A stretch of 63,850 nt of DNA, filler included, from Folioceros fuciformis (Eukaryota), in the NCBI GenBank assembly GCA_049999805.1. It is 12 parts of 12 records of this genome, joined end to end, with 100 filler letters (N's around TTAATTAATTAA, not from the genome) between each part and the next. Parts side by side here need not be neighbours in the genome. Positions count along the whole stretch, not along the records: positions 1 to 26,518 come from JBNGIO010004891.1; positions 26,619 to 29,289 come from JBNGIO010004895.1; positions 29,390 to 32,647 come from JBNGIO010004896.1; positions 32,748 to 35,028 come from JBNGIO010004898.1; 8 more parts are not named here. One strand, given 5' to 3'. A model generated the notes under the pieces. That model did not search any database and was not told where the DNA came from. It was given only the letters and a program-made list of their open reading frames with translations. The stretch's first letter is position 1, and every line of letters starts with the position of its first letter. Made by a program: the position numbers and the translations under genes. Positions 21,609-35,128 of this stretch are shown here, one piece after another.

Positions 21609-24600
21609 CTAAGCAACAGCGAACGCTGTAGGAACGGAGATGAGTCGTTGCTTCATCTTCGTCACACGGGCCGGTGTGAGCACATGTCTCTCCACGGCGG
21701 CTATGGCAGCCCTGTGAAGTGCGAGGGCCACGGCAAAGCATACCATTGTGGTGCAGGCCCACCCGACTCTCAACGCCATCAGAGGCGACCCCCTCAGCCT
21801 TCCGAAAAGAGTCGAGAGAAGCAACAGGCAGCGGCGGCCCGTCATACGGGAAGCATCAGCGCTCACCTCTGCCTCGACTGCTGACTCCGGCCTCGCACCG
21901 GTGGATGATGGCTGCCTCCAGCTGCTCCACTCCTTGTAGAAAATGGCGGCGGCAAGTTCGCCGACCTTCCGACGCAAGGGTGCTGCTTTCTCGGATACGA
22001 ATGCGCGGGCAAGCCCGACGGTGTCCTGGATCGGGAACATGGCAAGCCAGTTAAGAAGCTGCGAGGGATCCGACACCGCCAGCGGCAGGACGGGAGGATC
22101 TGCTTACCGCTTCTAGTAGAACTCGCCGGATGGCATGGCCTTGGTATGACAGGGCCAGTTTGACAATCGCGGCCATAAGGTCCGGTTGCAGTTGCTTACT
22201 TTCTTCGCCACTCACACTGACCGGAAGAGCCAGCTTCCTGAAGGGCATCAGTCCCACGGGCAGAACAGTTGGTACCAGAGCAAGACAATCATCCATGGAA
22301 GAGCTAACAGTGACGAAAGTTGTGAAAATTTAGAGCACGATAGAAAACTCACGTGGATTCCGGACGCGCCATGGAGACGAAAGAGGTTATCCGATCCCAT
22401 CGGAACTGCTTGTTTCGATCCAGAAGCAGCTGCATACAGAGAAACCAGGTGACAGGTGCCAAGGGGCTCAGGAGACGACCACAGACAAGAAATCAGAGAT
22501 GTGAGCGAGCCAAGTGCATGGGGTCCGTTACCGAGTGCAGGACTCGACGTGTTGAGCCAGAGTTGTCGGTGAACAGCCGGGAGACAACATATGGATAGGC
22601 TGAGGCGAAGATCTTGAAATCAGGGTCTACAGACAAGGCAATACCTGCACGGGACGTACACCAAAGTTCAGTCCTTATGGCTATGAGCAGGCATTGCTTC
22701 ATTCCGCAGGACCGGGACAGTCAAGTCGTCAGATCCTCACCTTCCAGAGACGCTAAAGACCTTAAAACCAGCGTGAAGTATGGCGGGAGCCGAAAGCGAA
22801 ATTTGACAGCGACTTCCCACAATTTTCCTGCTACCTGTGCATCGACTTTCAGCGACTGCAGATGCCAGTAAAATGAACACTCCATGAGGAGAGAAAGACA
22901 CTAACCTGTCCAAACTTGAAATTCGGCAGTCCTTCTTGGACCACCAATGCATCAGGGCCGCTCCCGAATGCATCTTCCAGTGCCTGCAGGTGCACACAAG
23001 AGGAACCTTCAGATGGCACCTTGTTGCAGTGACAGTCAGTCAGGGCAGGGACATGACATGCCGAGAATAAGCAGCAACGTACCAACTGAAGTTCAAACCG
23101 GTCCGTTGTGGGTTTCAGGACGTCCATGTCAGCTAGATCGTCTGCAAGGTAACGCCATTCTCCATTCACCAGATGGGCGATTGAAGCAAACATGGCAGCC
23201 TGATGCTTCTTCTCCATGCGACAAAGCAGGCCGAAATCCAAGTACCTGTGCCACAATCACAGATCGTCAGGTGACGCCAAGACATGAATTGTGCGTTACC
23301 ACAACATGACTTCTGGGTGGTTTGACGTGGGACTACCCGAGGGAACCGTTCGCAGTGAAGAGAAGGTTCCCAGGATGAGGATCAGCATGCAAAACCCCGG
23401 TCTCCAAAAGCTGTATCAGCGATGCTTCAACTCCCATGCTAACCTGCAGCGAGGATCCATTGAGATATCTGCAATCCAGCCCAGTTCACTTGCTGCAGAA
23501 CCGTCTGAACAGTCAACGAGTGCATTGTGATTTAAGCTTCAACACTCCCTCACTTTGCCACCTACCATCGACATCAGATGCTGCTTTGCTTGACTCTGAT
23601 CCTTAACACTAGGCAGCTGACCACTCGACGAGTGCCCCTCTGCAATTCGTTGCATGTCCCCAGGTCGATCACCTTGCACCCATTCCATAGTCAGGACCCT
23701 CTTGGAAGTCATACGAGGCAGGGAACGAGGAACCACGATGTACTTCAAGTGGGCATGTGCTTCCTACAAGAAAGAACCAACAATTGTGATGCAATGGACC
23801 AGGCAATAAAACTGACAGAAAGATGGCCACATGCTACGACAGCTCTGGAGCAACTGCAGCTTAAACAATGCCAACACTTCATGAGCAAACGGTTCGATCC
23901 ATACGAGAAATTCCTTGGCATTTGCGGCCTCCATGTTGTAATCAAGCTCTCCATACAGACCCCGTCCAAGCTCATCGGCCAAAACAGATATATCACTGTT
24001 CATCTTCGCCACTTTCCGCAACAATCCCAACTGCCATTACCACAAACGTCACCCACTATAGCCTGTGGAACCCACTGTACAAGCATGGTGACATCATTCC
24101 AGTTGGATGCTTTCAGTACTAGGATCGGAATAGATGGTCACCCCAAGTCGTAGAATGTAGATATCTCGAGCTACTGAAAACAGAACACCTGGACGCTGAA
24201 CTTTAACAGCCACCTCTTCTCCATGTACAGTACGGCCCTTGTAGACCTGAATAAGAAAAAGAGACTGTCAAGCTTAGGGAATGAAGCGTTTGTATGCAGC
24301 TCGGAAGCACCCCAGTACAGTGGTGAAACTCCTTGAGTCCTGAGCATCCAGCAACTTGCAAACACGTTCAACACAGAAAATACACGTGCCTGGCCGAAGG
24401 AGGCTGCTGCCACAGGTTCATCCGAAATATATGAAAAGAGCTCATTGACAGGCCTTCCAAGTTCTTCTTCAATGATCGCAATTGCTTCCTCATTTGGAAA
24501 GGGAGGCAATCGGTCCTGGAGTTCTGCAAGCACCTAATACCAGGTATGGTAGTAGCAGCCAACGTCAGCATGTGAATTGCGTGAAGATCTGCTGCAGGTT

Positions 24601-26518
24601 CAGAAGTTTCTGGACAGCAAGTTACCTTGGCGGTGGCCGACCCAATCAAATCAGGCCTGGCAGAAATTGACTGGGCAACTGCAAACAGGAAACGTTCAAA
24701 CGCATTGGATGATCCTTCCGAGCATGAACGAACTGTGATTGTAAGATATCACTCAAATTCGCTTGAGCATCACCTTTAATAAAAGCAGGACCCAGCCTCA
24801 CAAGACAATGCTTCAGCCTTTCAGCACCCTTGCGTGTGACTTCTTCCATCTCATCTTCAAGCTGTAAGTCACCCTTCGTTGCTGAGACCGCCCTGTCTAC
24901 TGTTGTCTGAAGTGCAACAAGGCCAAGGGCCGCAGACACCTAGGACACATCCACAAGGCATTTGTTACAAGATTGAGTAGACAATTCAGGGCATGGGCCA
25001 AGTTGCACGCTATGCAACATGACCCTCTTCAGTAGGCAGCAGAAAAATGGGGCCGGCACAAAGCTGGCCAGTTTCAGCATGAAGGATACCTCAAATACGC
25101 GGAACACGAGGAGATGAGGTCGCAAACTAAAAAAAGCTGCCACTTCCTCAGCATCATAGGTCTCTTGAAGTGGAGTTAACCACAGAGAGCACCATTTTTG
25201 TACCACACCCACATAATCTTGCAAAGCCTGAATATCCGCCTTGACAAGTTCTTTCCCAGACAGACCTGTTTTGAGTGGATAGATATCAGAAGCAGCACGC
25301 ATTTCTGCACAATAACAGACCCATAGCAAGATGTTTGTATACTTCACACCACCATCATGCGTAAGCAGAAGGTAAAAAAGAATCCGGGTTCAGGCAGTGT
25401 CTGATTTACAACTCACACCCATAGCTCGACCTTAAATCCAGGTCAGTGCACGCTTTTGACATACCTGGATAAGAAGGCTGAGGCCATGAAGGAGCACTTG
25501 TCGGCAGAGATCGAAGACCCTGTACACGTTCTGAGCCTAAGAAGTCATTAACAGCTGCCTTCATCCCGGGAAGTGCAACATGAGACACCCAGTTCATACC
25601 CTCCGCGACTACCCTCCTGTCATTCTCCAAGCACTTGCTAATGTTTGTTTTCCATGGCACTTGTAAGGGCGATTGCTGAGCACTGGCGTTATCATCCCTA
25701 ACCTTCGGGCCGGGGCAGGCTCCATTGTCAGAGCTGCTATTGCCTTGCAAACTCTTCAAGCCTTGCAGATTGCTGGCTGCTTCGACAACAGCTTCTTCCC
25801 AATAAGTGCTCCCTTCTACATCAGCCAACTCTGGGAAACCAGTCCCGACCTGGGCTACAAAATCGCTGTATGTCCCATTGGCGCCTTGCGACGTTCCCAC
25901 CACGAGAGGTTCCAACGGCCTGGAGGGCGCCGACTTCTGTGCACCACTGGCAGTTTTGTTAATGGCAAGCTTGCCATTACCTCTCTGCCAAAGTTGACTG
26001 CCACGGCCAGCCATCTCCTCTTCCAGAAGAAGGTCAAGATTGTCGCCATTAAGCTTTCTGACCACCTTGTACACCAAACTGTCATCATTCTTAAGGGCCC
26101 GCCTTCTCACTTTCGAAGACGTCGTTCTCTTGTCCCGACCTGATGGCTTTTTATCAGAGAACAGGCTGCTGAAGGTGGAAGAGTCAATCTTAGCGCGCTC
26201 TTCTATCAGCACACCACCTGGCGAAATTTCAATACATGCAGTCCGTTATTGAGAAGCTACACACAAGGATGCAACCACTCACATAGTCGTCCAGGATGAT
26301 TATCGGCAGACTGCTAAATGAGGACCATCAGTTGCTCGCAGTTACCAGGAAGTTTCCAGTCAGACTCATCCAAGCGCCGTCGGACGCTATGCCCCTCCTT
26401 CCAACCCCCAGTCTCGAGATCAAAACCTACATCAAAGCCTGATGTTCCTGTTCCGCAGACTGCTCCCAAGGCAGTAGTGGTGCGAGCCTTCTTCGCCTCC
26501 AATGTTCCTGGCACAATC
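21609..26518 (-). CDS. ABC1K: ABC1/UbiB atypical kinase, most like the At2g39190 (ABC1K4/ATH8) type from memory; 5' end cut by scaffold end
   Basis: 17 phase-consistent exons: >26518-26346, 26217-25465, 25265-25090, 24939-24774, 24678-24626, 24533-24390, 24246-24142, 24030-23905, 23763-23566, 23443-23337, 23245-23083, 22983-22906, 22834-22741, 22644-22532, 22429-22353, 22303-22108, 22025-21609. Motifs LGPAFIK.AQS.S.RPD, AAASFGQVY, VAVKVQRP, ELDY..EA, HADPHPGN, YLDFG, LPPYFTLVLRSLASLEG. Confidence 0.93.
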
Positions 26519-26618
26519 NNNNNNNNNNNNNNNNNNNNNNNNNNNNNNNNNNNNNNNNNNNNTTAATTAATTAANNNNNNNNNNNNNNNNNNNNNNNNNN
26601 NNNNNNNNNNNNNNNNNN
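26519..26618. other. Artificial contig linker N44-TTAATTAATTAA-N44 (first of 11)
   Basis: The same 100-nt spacer with stops in all six frames starts at 26519, 29290, 32648, 35029, 39962, 44381, 47624, 49269, 53372, 59368 and 62136. Confidence 0.97.
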
Positions 26619-29289
26619 TTCTTTTACAGGATGGCACTGTCAGAACTTTGAAGCAAGTCCTACACATTCCACAAATGGTGAAAAATCTTATGTCTGTCAG
26701 GCATGTCTGCAAGGAGTGGAACGTTAATGTTAGTTTTGATCAAAACCAATGTAGGATCATGGATGCCGACAGCCAGTCAGAAATTACCCTTGGCGTGCTT
26801 GACTCAGATTTATATCGACTCAATTGTCGAACTTTTGTTGAAGGACAAGTGCAAGCACAAATTGCCAAACGATTGGATCCAGATAACGAGCTGCAGCTCT
26901 GGCACTGTCGACTGGGACATCCAAATTATAAGAAGTTAAGTACTATGGTTGGCAGTAATATATATCAAGACGGCATACCTTGGAAGCTGCAGGAGACTGA
27001 TGTGCTATGTGAGGCTTGTTTACATGCGAAGCTTCCCAAGCAAAACGCTAAGATACCACATAAACAAAATAGAGCAGCCAAAACACTTGATATGGTGCAT
27101 ACTGATTTATGTGGGCCAATGTCGGTCAGATCTCTGGGAGGAGCGTCATATTTCATGGTGCTCGTGGACGATTACAGTCGTTTTACTATGACATATTTTC
27201 TGCATCACAAGTCACAGGCCTTTGAGAAATTCGTGGATTATGTCAATTACTCTCAGAGACAAACTGGTAATAAATTGAAAGTACTACGAAGTGACGGAGG
27301 TGGAGAATTTACCAGCACAGAATTCCAAGAGTATTGTAGATCCCTTGGAATAAGCAGACAAATTACAGTGCCTTATACCTCTACCCAGAATCCTTTGGCA
27401 GAGTCGAAAAATAGGTACCTGCAGGAAGCAGCGAAAGCCATGTTATTTCAGTCTGGTTTGTCTAAGAGATACTGGGCTGAGGCAGTTCACACTGCCACTT
27501 ACATTCAGAATAGACTACCAGCAGTAGCCTTTAAGGACTCAACACCTTTTGAGCGCTGGACAGGGAGAAAGCCGACTATATCTCATCTTAGAATATTCGG
27601 CTGTAAAGCTTTTATACACATCCCAAAAGAAGTTAGAACCAAACTGGATTATAAAGCTAAACAAGTGCTATTTATCGGATATTCAGAAGGAGTTAAGGGT
27701 TATAAGGTGTATGACCCGGGCTCAAGAAAAGTAACACATGCACGCTTTGCGAAATTTGATGAGAGATCGGTCCTCACTGGTGCTTCACAACTCGGGAAGC
27801 AGGATGTGGTGTCTGATAAAGAAAATCTAGAAAAGAGTGAACTTACTGCGTTTTATGATGAACAGTATGAACAAAATGAGCAACTAACGGAATTCAGCGT
27901 CGAGACAGATGATCATTTGAATCACCAACAGGCTGATGGCATAGATGGCTTAATTGAGAAGCTTGATATCACAAATTATCAAGATAATGATGACTCAGAT
28001 GTACATCAGGAGGATTTCTCAGCAGTGGGAGCAGATGTAGAGAGTCAGCAGGTAGAAGTGACTACTAACGTTAGCCATGAGCAAAGACAAGAACCTGCAA
28101 TGACTCAGTTGCGTAGATCTTCACGAACTCATACTTCATCACCTCTGGAGTGGAAGGAGGTGCCTTACGCTATGGAGGGTCATTTGCCAGTTTCGGCTCT
28201 GTTAACACAAGTTTTTATGGCAGCTTCAGATCTGGGAGAGCCACAAACATACCAGGAGGCCATTACCTCAGCAGATAAAGAAAAATGGCAGGAGGCAATA
28301 AATTCTGAATACAATTCCTTAATTGAAAATCAAACCTGGGTTCTTGAAGACTTACCTCACGGTAGGACACCAATATCGAATAAATGGGTCTTCAAGCTCA
28401 AGCTTAATCCAGATGGATCCACTTCTCGCTTTAAAGCTAGGTTAGTGGTTCGAGGATTTTCACAACGAGAGGGCATTGACTACAATGAAACTTTTTCTCC
28501 GGTTGTGCTGGCCTCATCTGTTAGGACACTTTTGGCCATAGCAGCTTTAAAGGGTTTTCATGTCCATCAGATGGACGTACAAACGGCATTCTTAAACGGT
28601 ATATTAGAAGAAACTGTGTACATGACACAGCCTGAGGGTTTTGTCAGTAAAAAATTCCCTAACCGGGTCTGCAGGCTAAAGAAAACTCAGTATGGTCTTA
28701 AGCAATCACCCAGAAGATGGAACAGAAGACTACGTACACACTTGCTTAAGCATGGGTTCACACAATCGGAATCAGATGAGAGCGTATATGTGTACGGACA
28801 GGGTGATGAACTCGCATACCTGGCAGTATATGTTGATGATACTCTGATCCTTGGTTCATCGATGCAGATTGTAGAAAGAGTAAAACGCATGTTGTCATCC
28901 GAATTCAAGATGACAGACATGGGACCATGCACTTTCTTTTTAGGAGTGCAAGCTGTAATTAACAGGCAGTCAGGCACTATCATGTTGCACCAAAAACATT
29001 ATGTTAACAGGTTATTAGAAAATTTCAAGATGCAGGATTCCAAACCGGTATCCACCTCGTCTGCAACAGGAATTTTTCTAACTAAAGATCAGTGCCCCAA
29101 AGACCAAGCTGAGCTAGATCAGATGGCAGGTGCTCCATACCGTACCTTAGTTGGATGCTTGCTCTGGCTCAGTTCATGGACTAGACCTGATATTGCGTTC
29201 TCGACATCCGTGGTCTCACAATTCTTAGCCAATCCCGGTCAACAGCACTGGACAGCGGCAAAGCGGATACTGCGATATCTCAAGGGTAC
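26619..29289 (+). mobile_element. Copia pol fragment (protease end, integrase, RT), open across the whole contig
   Basis: WHCRLGHPN, HTDLCGP, RSDGGGEF, QMDVQTAFLNG, YVDD. Confidence 0.95.
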
Positions 29290-29389
29290 NNNNNNNNNNN
29301 NNNNNNNNNNNNNNNNNNNNNNNNNNNNNNNNNTTAATTAATTAANNNNNNNNNNNNNNNNNNNNNNNNNNNNNNNNNNNNNNNNNNNN

Positions 29390-32300
29390 TGTGGGAATAT
29401 AGCTGAGACTGATCATCTTGTTTGCAATTGCATTTCTTATGAAATGTTGCTTCACCTCCACATGTCTAGTCCGAGCATGTGAGATAGGATTCCTGGCTAT
29501 CGCAATGGCGGACTGATTGTCACAATACATTGGCGTCGGCTCCCGCTGCTAGTAGCCTAGGGTATCCAGGAAGTTCCGTAAGTGCATAACTTCTTGGGCT
29601 GCGGCTGTAGATGCCACATACTCGGCCTCCGTGGACGAAAGTGCAACCATTGTCTGCTTCTTTGAAGACCAGCTAACTAGGCCCCCACACACCTTTATGC
29701 AATATGCTGAAATGGACTTACGTGAATCACCAGCCCAATCGGAGTCCGTCTTACATTCCATCCAAACTCTTCCAGTATCCCCTTGCTTGCTGTACAAGAG
29801 CCCTAGGTCAGATGTGCCTTTCAAGTACCTGAGGACACGCTTGGCAGCTATCCAATGCTGTTGTCCTGGATTGGCTAGGAACTGTGAGGCAATTGACGTG
29901 GCATGGGCAATATCAGGTCTGGTCCATCCACTCAACCATAGCAAGCAACCTACAAGAACCCTGTACGGTATGTTCTCCATCTCCTTTTGCTCAGCAGGTG
30001 TCTTGGGGCACTGATCTTGTGTCAGGGTAGCCCCCACTGCAGCTGGAGTTGCTGCCGGCTTCGCATTTTGCATATTGAACTTCTCAAGTAGTCTATTGAC
30101 ATAATGTTGTTGGTGGAGAAACACACTTCCTGTCGTTGAGTTCATGAGTGCTTGGACACCTAAGAAGAATTTGCAAGGGCCCAAATCTGTCATTTTGAAT
30201 TCTGATGACAAGATACGCTTTACCTCTTTTACCATGCCATCATCGGATCCAAAAATGATTGTGTCATCGACATACACCGCTAGGTAGGCAGTCTGCCCTT
30301 TCTTCTTATATACATAGACACTACCATCAGCATCTGATTGCTTAAACCCTCTCCTTACAAGGTATGCATGTAGCCTCAAATTCCACCCACGATTCGATTG
30401 TTTGAGGCCGTACTGAGTCTTCTTCAGCCTGCAAACCTTGTTTGGGTGCTTGGCATCAATGTAACCCTCAGGCTGTATCATGTATACCTCTTCTTCAAGG
30501 AGGCCATTAAGGAATGCTATCTATACATCCATCTGGTGGACATGATAACCTTGCTGGGCAGTAATGGCCATGAGTGTTCTTAATGATGACGCGCGCACAA
30601 CAGGGGAGAAGGTCTCATTATAGTCTATCCCTTCTCTTTGGGAGAATCCACGCACCACTAGTCTAGCCTTGAATCTAGCTGTAGTGTCATCAGGGTTGAG
30701 TTTTCTTTAAAATACCCATTTGTTTGAAATTGGGCTCCTTCCATGAGGTAAATCAACTAATTCCCATTACTCATTCTCAATGAGAGAGTCATACTCTGAT
30801 TGGATCGCTGCCTGCCATTGCTCCTTCTCTGGTGAGTTGATGGCTTCTTTGTAGGATGCTGGTTCACCAAGGTCTTGGGCTGCTCTGAGTATTTGAGCTA
30901 GCATGGCATTCGTGTTTGCATTAGGCTGTATGTGCCCTTCCATGGCAAGTGGCACTTGACTCCATTCCAGGGGAGAGCTTGTGTGATGTCTCGTTGACCT
31001 CCTAAGCGTAGCAAACTGACCAGGTTCAGGCTGTGTTGGTACATTGGTATCAGCTTCATCCTCACTTGCACTGGCCTCAAATGCATCATCAACATCAGTG
31101 TCAACTTGTAATGGTGGATTTAGGCCTGGAGCTGAGGTATGGCTTGGGGCTTGTGGTAGAGCTGCTTGTGGCTGACTCACACTTGGGATTATTTGCTCAA
31201 TTTCAGAGTCACTATCGCTATGGAGTTCAGCAACCTGAGGGTCAGGCATCACATCCTTTCTCCCCCCCTCTCGGGCACAAGTCGCAACCAGCAAGTTGTG
31301 TTCATCAAGTATACCAACACGGGTGTGAGTAACATGGCCGGAGGTAGGGTCATATACCTTGTACCCTTTGATACCCTCAATATATCCAATGAAGGTCATA
31401 GCACGGGCCTGGTAATCCAGCTTCCTCCGTTGGGTCTTGGGAATATGCATATACACACGGCTGCCAAATATTTTCAGATGTGAGATGGAGGGTTTACAAC
31501 CAGTCCACCGCTCATATGGGGTAGCTCCTATGAAAGAGGAGGTAGGCAGACGATTTTGCACATATGTTGCAGTTTGAACTACATCAGCCCAATAGTGCTT
31601 GGATAAACCGATTGATATAGCATGGCCTTGGCTGCTCCTTGGAGGTATCTGTTTTTCGCCTCTGCCAATGGGTTTTGGCTGGACGTATGCGAAGAAGTCA
31701 GCTGACGGGCAATGCCAAGAGAACGACAGTATGACTGAAAATCGCCGCTAATAAATTCGCCCCCATTATCAGTCCTAAGCACCTTGAGAGTTTTCCCGGT
31801 TTGTCGTTGAGAAAAATCCACAAACTGTTTGAGCATTTCTAGAGCCTCACTCTTATGTCGCAGGAAATATGTGACAGTATATCTACTGTAATCATCAATG
31901 ACAGCCATAAAATAAAGGGAACCACCAAGAGATGGTGTTGACATTGGTCCACAAAGATCCGTATGGATCATTTCCAATAGGTCAGAAGCACGGTTCTGCT
32001 CACCCTTCTTAGGCTTCTTCTTGACCATCTTACTATGAATGCAAGCGCCACATAATACATGTGTATCAGTAATCTTCCAATCGAGTTTCTCACGGTACAG
32101 CTCTTGCTCTGTCATCCGTTTCATCTTTATGAAGTTTGGATGTGCAAGCCTTGAAAGCCACAGGAGCTGAGGATCATCATGTGTAAGACATTTAGCCAAC
32201 ATGTCTTGAGATGTTGAGTGGGCCTGTGGATGTCCAGCAGGTGACGTGATACAGTCCAACTTGTATAAATTAGCCTGCAAGGTACCGAGGGCCAGGATGT

Positions 32301-32647
32301 GGTCTGTCGGCGTCTCTCGCAGCTCACAGTGTTTTTCGCTGAAAGAAATATTGACCATCCAGTCCCTGCAAAGATGCCGAACTGATAGTAGATTTTTACA
32401 CATCTGTGGAACGTGTAGCACTTGGTGAAGCAGGCGGGTGGATCCATCTTGCAGCTGAATTTGCACTGTGCCGCAGCCAGCAACTGCAAGTCCACTCCCA
32501 TCTCCAAGTAGGACAAGCTGTCCAGGTGCATAGGTGGTATAGTTGATGAAGCCTTCTCGCATGTAGCATATGTGCGCGGAGGCACCTGAGTCGACAAACC
32601 AATGATCTTGAACAGCCTTGGTGTGTGCGAGGAACACAGTAAGGATG
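29390..32647 (-). mobile_element. Degenerate copia pol (PR-INT-RT-RH), related to the 26.6-kb copy
   Basis: WFVDSGA, HTDLCGP, YVDD, TEAEY, CDNQSA; stops and frameshifts. Shares the linker motif RRS.R.HTSSPLEW..VP.AMEGH with 26619-29289. Confidence 0.93.
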
Positions 32648-32747
32648 NNNNNNNNNNNNNNNNNNNNNNNNNNNNNNNNNNNNNNNNNNNNTTAATTAAT
32701 TAANNNNNNNNNNNNNNNNNNNNNNNNNNNNNNNNNNNNNNNNNNNN

Positions 32748-33340
32748 ATTGGAGTTGCAAGAAGCAGACCTCCATAGCGCTCTCTTCTACGGAGCAGAGT
32801 ACAAGTCGCTCACCGATGCCTCCAAGGAAGTCGAGTGGGAGCGAGCTTTCTTAGCCGACATCGGCCAGAGACAACACCAGCCGACGGCGCTCTACTGCGA
32901 CAACATGTCAGCCCTGGCCCTGATCTCAAATCCAAGTTCCACGCCAGGACGAAGCACATAGAGATCCAACATCACTACATCTGGGACGTGGTTGAGCGCA
33001 AGGTGGTGGAAGCCAACTACGTGCCAACAGAGGACAACCTGGCGGACATTCTGACAAAGGGTCTGCCCAAGCTCCGGCACTACCAGCATATGCAGAGTAT
33101 GGGGCTAGTCGACTTCGCCCCCTACCTCACCAACAACTGAAGACCAAAAGTTGCTCCCTCGGCAGAGGGAGCGTTAGCCTAGGTTATGTTCCCCTTAAGA
33201 GGGGGTGTTAAGATTAATAAGAGCTACATAACCCTAGCTAATAGTCAAGCGAGTTAGGCTAACCCTGGCTCGTTGAGCGAATAGTCGCACCCCTGCGAAG
33301 GGGTGCCTGGGTCCCCTATAAAAGGGCCCCCAATCCATGT
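32748..33340 (+). mobile_element. Copia RNase H end, PPT and start of 3' LTR
   Basis: AEYKSL, YCDNMSA, RTKHIEIQHH, ADILTKGL; PPT AAGAGGGGG at 33197-33205; LTR starts TGTTAAG at 33206; CTATAAAA at about 33316. LTR end not determined. Confidence 0.85.
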
Positions 33341-34607
33341 ACTTCCTTAACCTTTTCCTAATTCATGCTTCCGTTTTGTTCCCACCTTAGGAAAGTTCAC
33401 AGGATCGCATATCCAATATGACCCCTCAGCGTTGGTCTCGCCGTCGCCGACTTCGAAATCGCTCGCAGGGAGGGGAACTCCAGCGAGGGCCTCTCCATCT
33501 GCAAGTAGACCTGTTTGGGGAGAGTGGGTGCGTGGGAACGCTTCCCTTTGCCGTCCTTCTCTGGTAGGTCGAGAAGGGTTCGTTCTTACATCGGTAGGTT
33601 CCGAGACCGGATCCCCAAAGATCGAGAGCTCACATGCTCCCCTCCCCATCTGTTTGCGTCCTCGCAAACAACACGACCTGTGGATGATAATACTTCTTTA
33701 CCTTCCACCCACTGACATGGGTGGGTAAGAATTCTCCATTCAGCTCCCGTAGCTGAACCGACCCGTTTTCAAAAACATGGGTCACTTCATAGCGTCCCAT
33801 CCATCGGAGTCGTAACTTCCCAGGGAAGTCAAGGTACCGGCTGTCATAGAGCAATGCTAAGTCACCCGGAACGACGCGTTCCGTCTTCCTCAGTCTCCTG
33901 TCATGATGCCACTTTCGTCGTTCTTGTACTCGGTGAGTCTCTTCGAGTGCTGCGTCGCGATCTTCCTCATGCGCAATGAGCTTCTCTAGCCGAGCTTGTT
34001 GACTATCTTCGACCGGTAACCGAGTGTCCTCCAAAATCCTGTGGGTTGGTACTTCGAACTCGATGGGCATAACTGGCGACATCCCATAGGTCAGAAAATA
34101 GGGAGTGCATTTCATAGTTACCTTCTCTGCTGTTCGGTAGGCCCATAGGGCAAAATGTAGTTTCGTATCCTAGTCATACATGTGGGAGACAGTCACCTTG
34201 GTGAGTATCGTCCCCAACAGCCCATTGGTCTTCTCCGTCAGCCCATTGGCCTTGGGGTTGTATAGAGTCGTTTTCTGGTGTCGAATGTTGAAGTAGCAGG
34301 TGAGCGATGCTATAACCGTGTTCAGAAAATGAGTCCCGCGATCGCTCGCCAGCTCCAACAGACACCCATACCTAGTGATGATATTTTCGAATAGGAATTT
34401 GGCCACGGTTGATGCATCGTCCTTGCGGGTAGCCTCTGCTTCAACCATCTTCGTGCAGTAGTCGGTGGCAACCAAAATATACTGTTTACGTGTCCGCTGT
34501 GTTGGAGGACGTATGGGTCCGACGAAGTCTATTCCCCATTTTTCGAAGGGTGCCAAGGGCAAAATATAGGTTAGGGGCCACTACGTGCCTAGGGTCAGTC
34601 TCCCAAG
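33341..34607 (-). mobile_element. Non-chromovirus gypsy integrase, PPT and 3' LTR start
   Basis: FEKWGIDFVGP, SDRGTHF, NGLTEKTN, GKLRLRWMG; PPT at about 33637-33648, then TGTGAG at 33634. Left boundary approximate. Same family as 44481-47623. Confidence 0.85.
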
Positions 34608-35028
34608 TGAAGGAATGATCTAGGAGCTACATGGTGAAGGAGAGGAGGAGGCAAGGAGGAGAGGAGAAAGAGAGGTCACACTCTCACAATAGAGTCCCAT
34701 ACAAGGGAGCTCAAGGGGGTATTTATACCCTCTAGAAGAGCTCCCTAGGAAACTTCACAAGAAGCCCACAGGAAGCTGCACAAGAAGCTTCCTATAGATT
34801 AGCTTAAGCTAATCTAAACTAATGGTACTTAATTAAACACTAATCTTAGACTAAACACATTAGTCTAAGCACATTGGGCTTTAAGAACCCTACAACCGCC
34901 CCCTTAGAGGCCAATTTACCTCCATAGGGGAGTGGTCTACCTCATGCCCATGAGTGTCCGAGCTTGTGCGAATTGTTCCGAAGAAAGCCCCTTGGTAAGA
35001 ACATCTGCAGGGTTCTGACTGGTGTGAA
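34608..35028 (-). mobile_element. Copia family B 3' end (RNase H tail, PPT, 3' LTR 34608-34894) abutting the gypsy integrase
   Basis: HTSQNPADVLTKGL; PPT AAGGGGGCGGT; LTR closely similar to 53973-54266 and 62855-63128. Confidence 0.88.
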
Positions 35029-35128
35029 NNNNNNNNNNNNNNNNNNNNNNNNNNNNNNNNNNNNNNNNNNNNTTAATTAATTAANNNNNNNNNNNNNNNN
35101 NNNNNNNNNNNNNNNNNNNNNNNNNNNN

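Noticed and set aside
26563-26574. Recurrent palindrome TTAATTAATTAA between N runs
   Set aside because: Artificial six-frame-stop linker joining contigs; not biological, and ORFs that cross it are artefacts.
26619-32647. Two related copia pols in convergent orientation, resembling an inverted structure
   Set aside because: They lie on separate contigs joined by a linker, so relative orientation is arbitrary.
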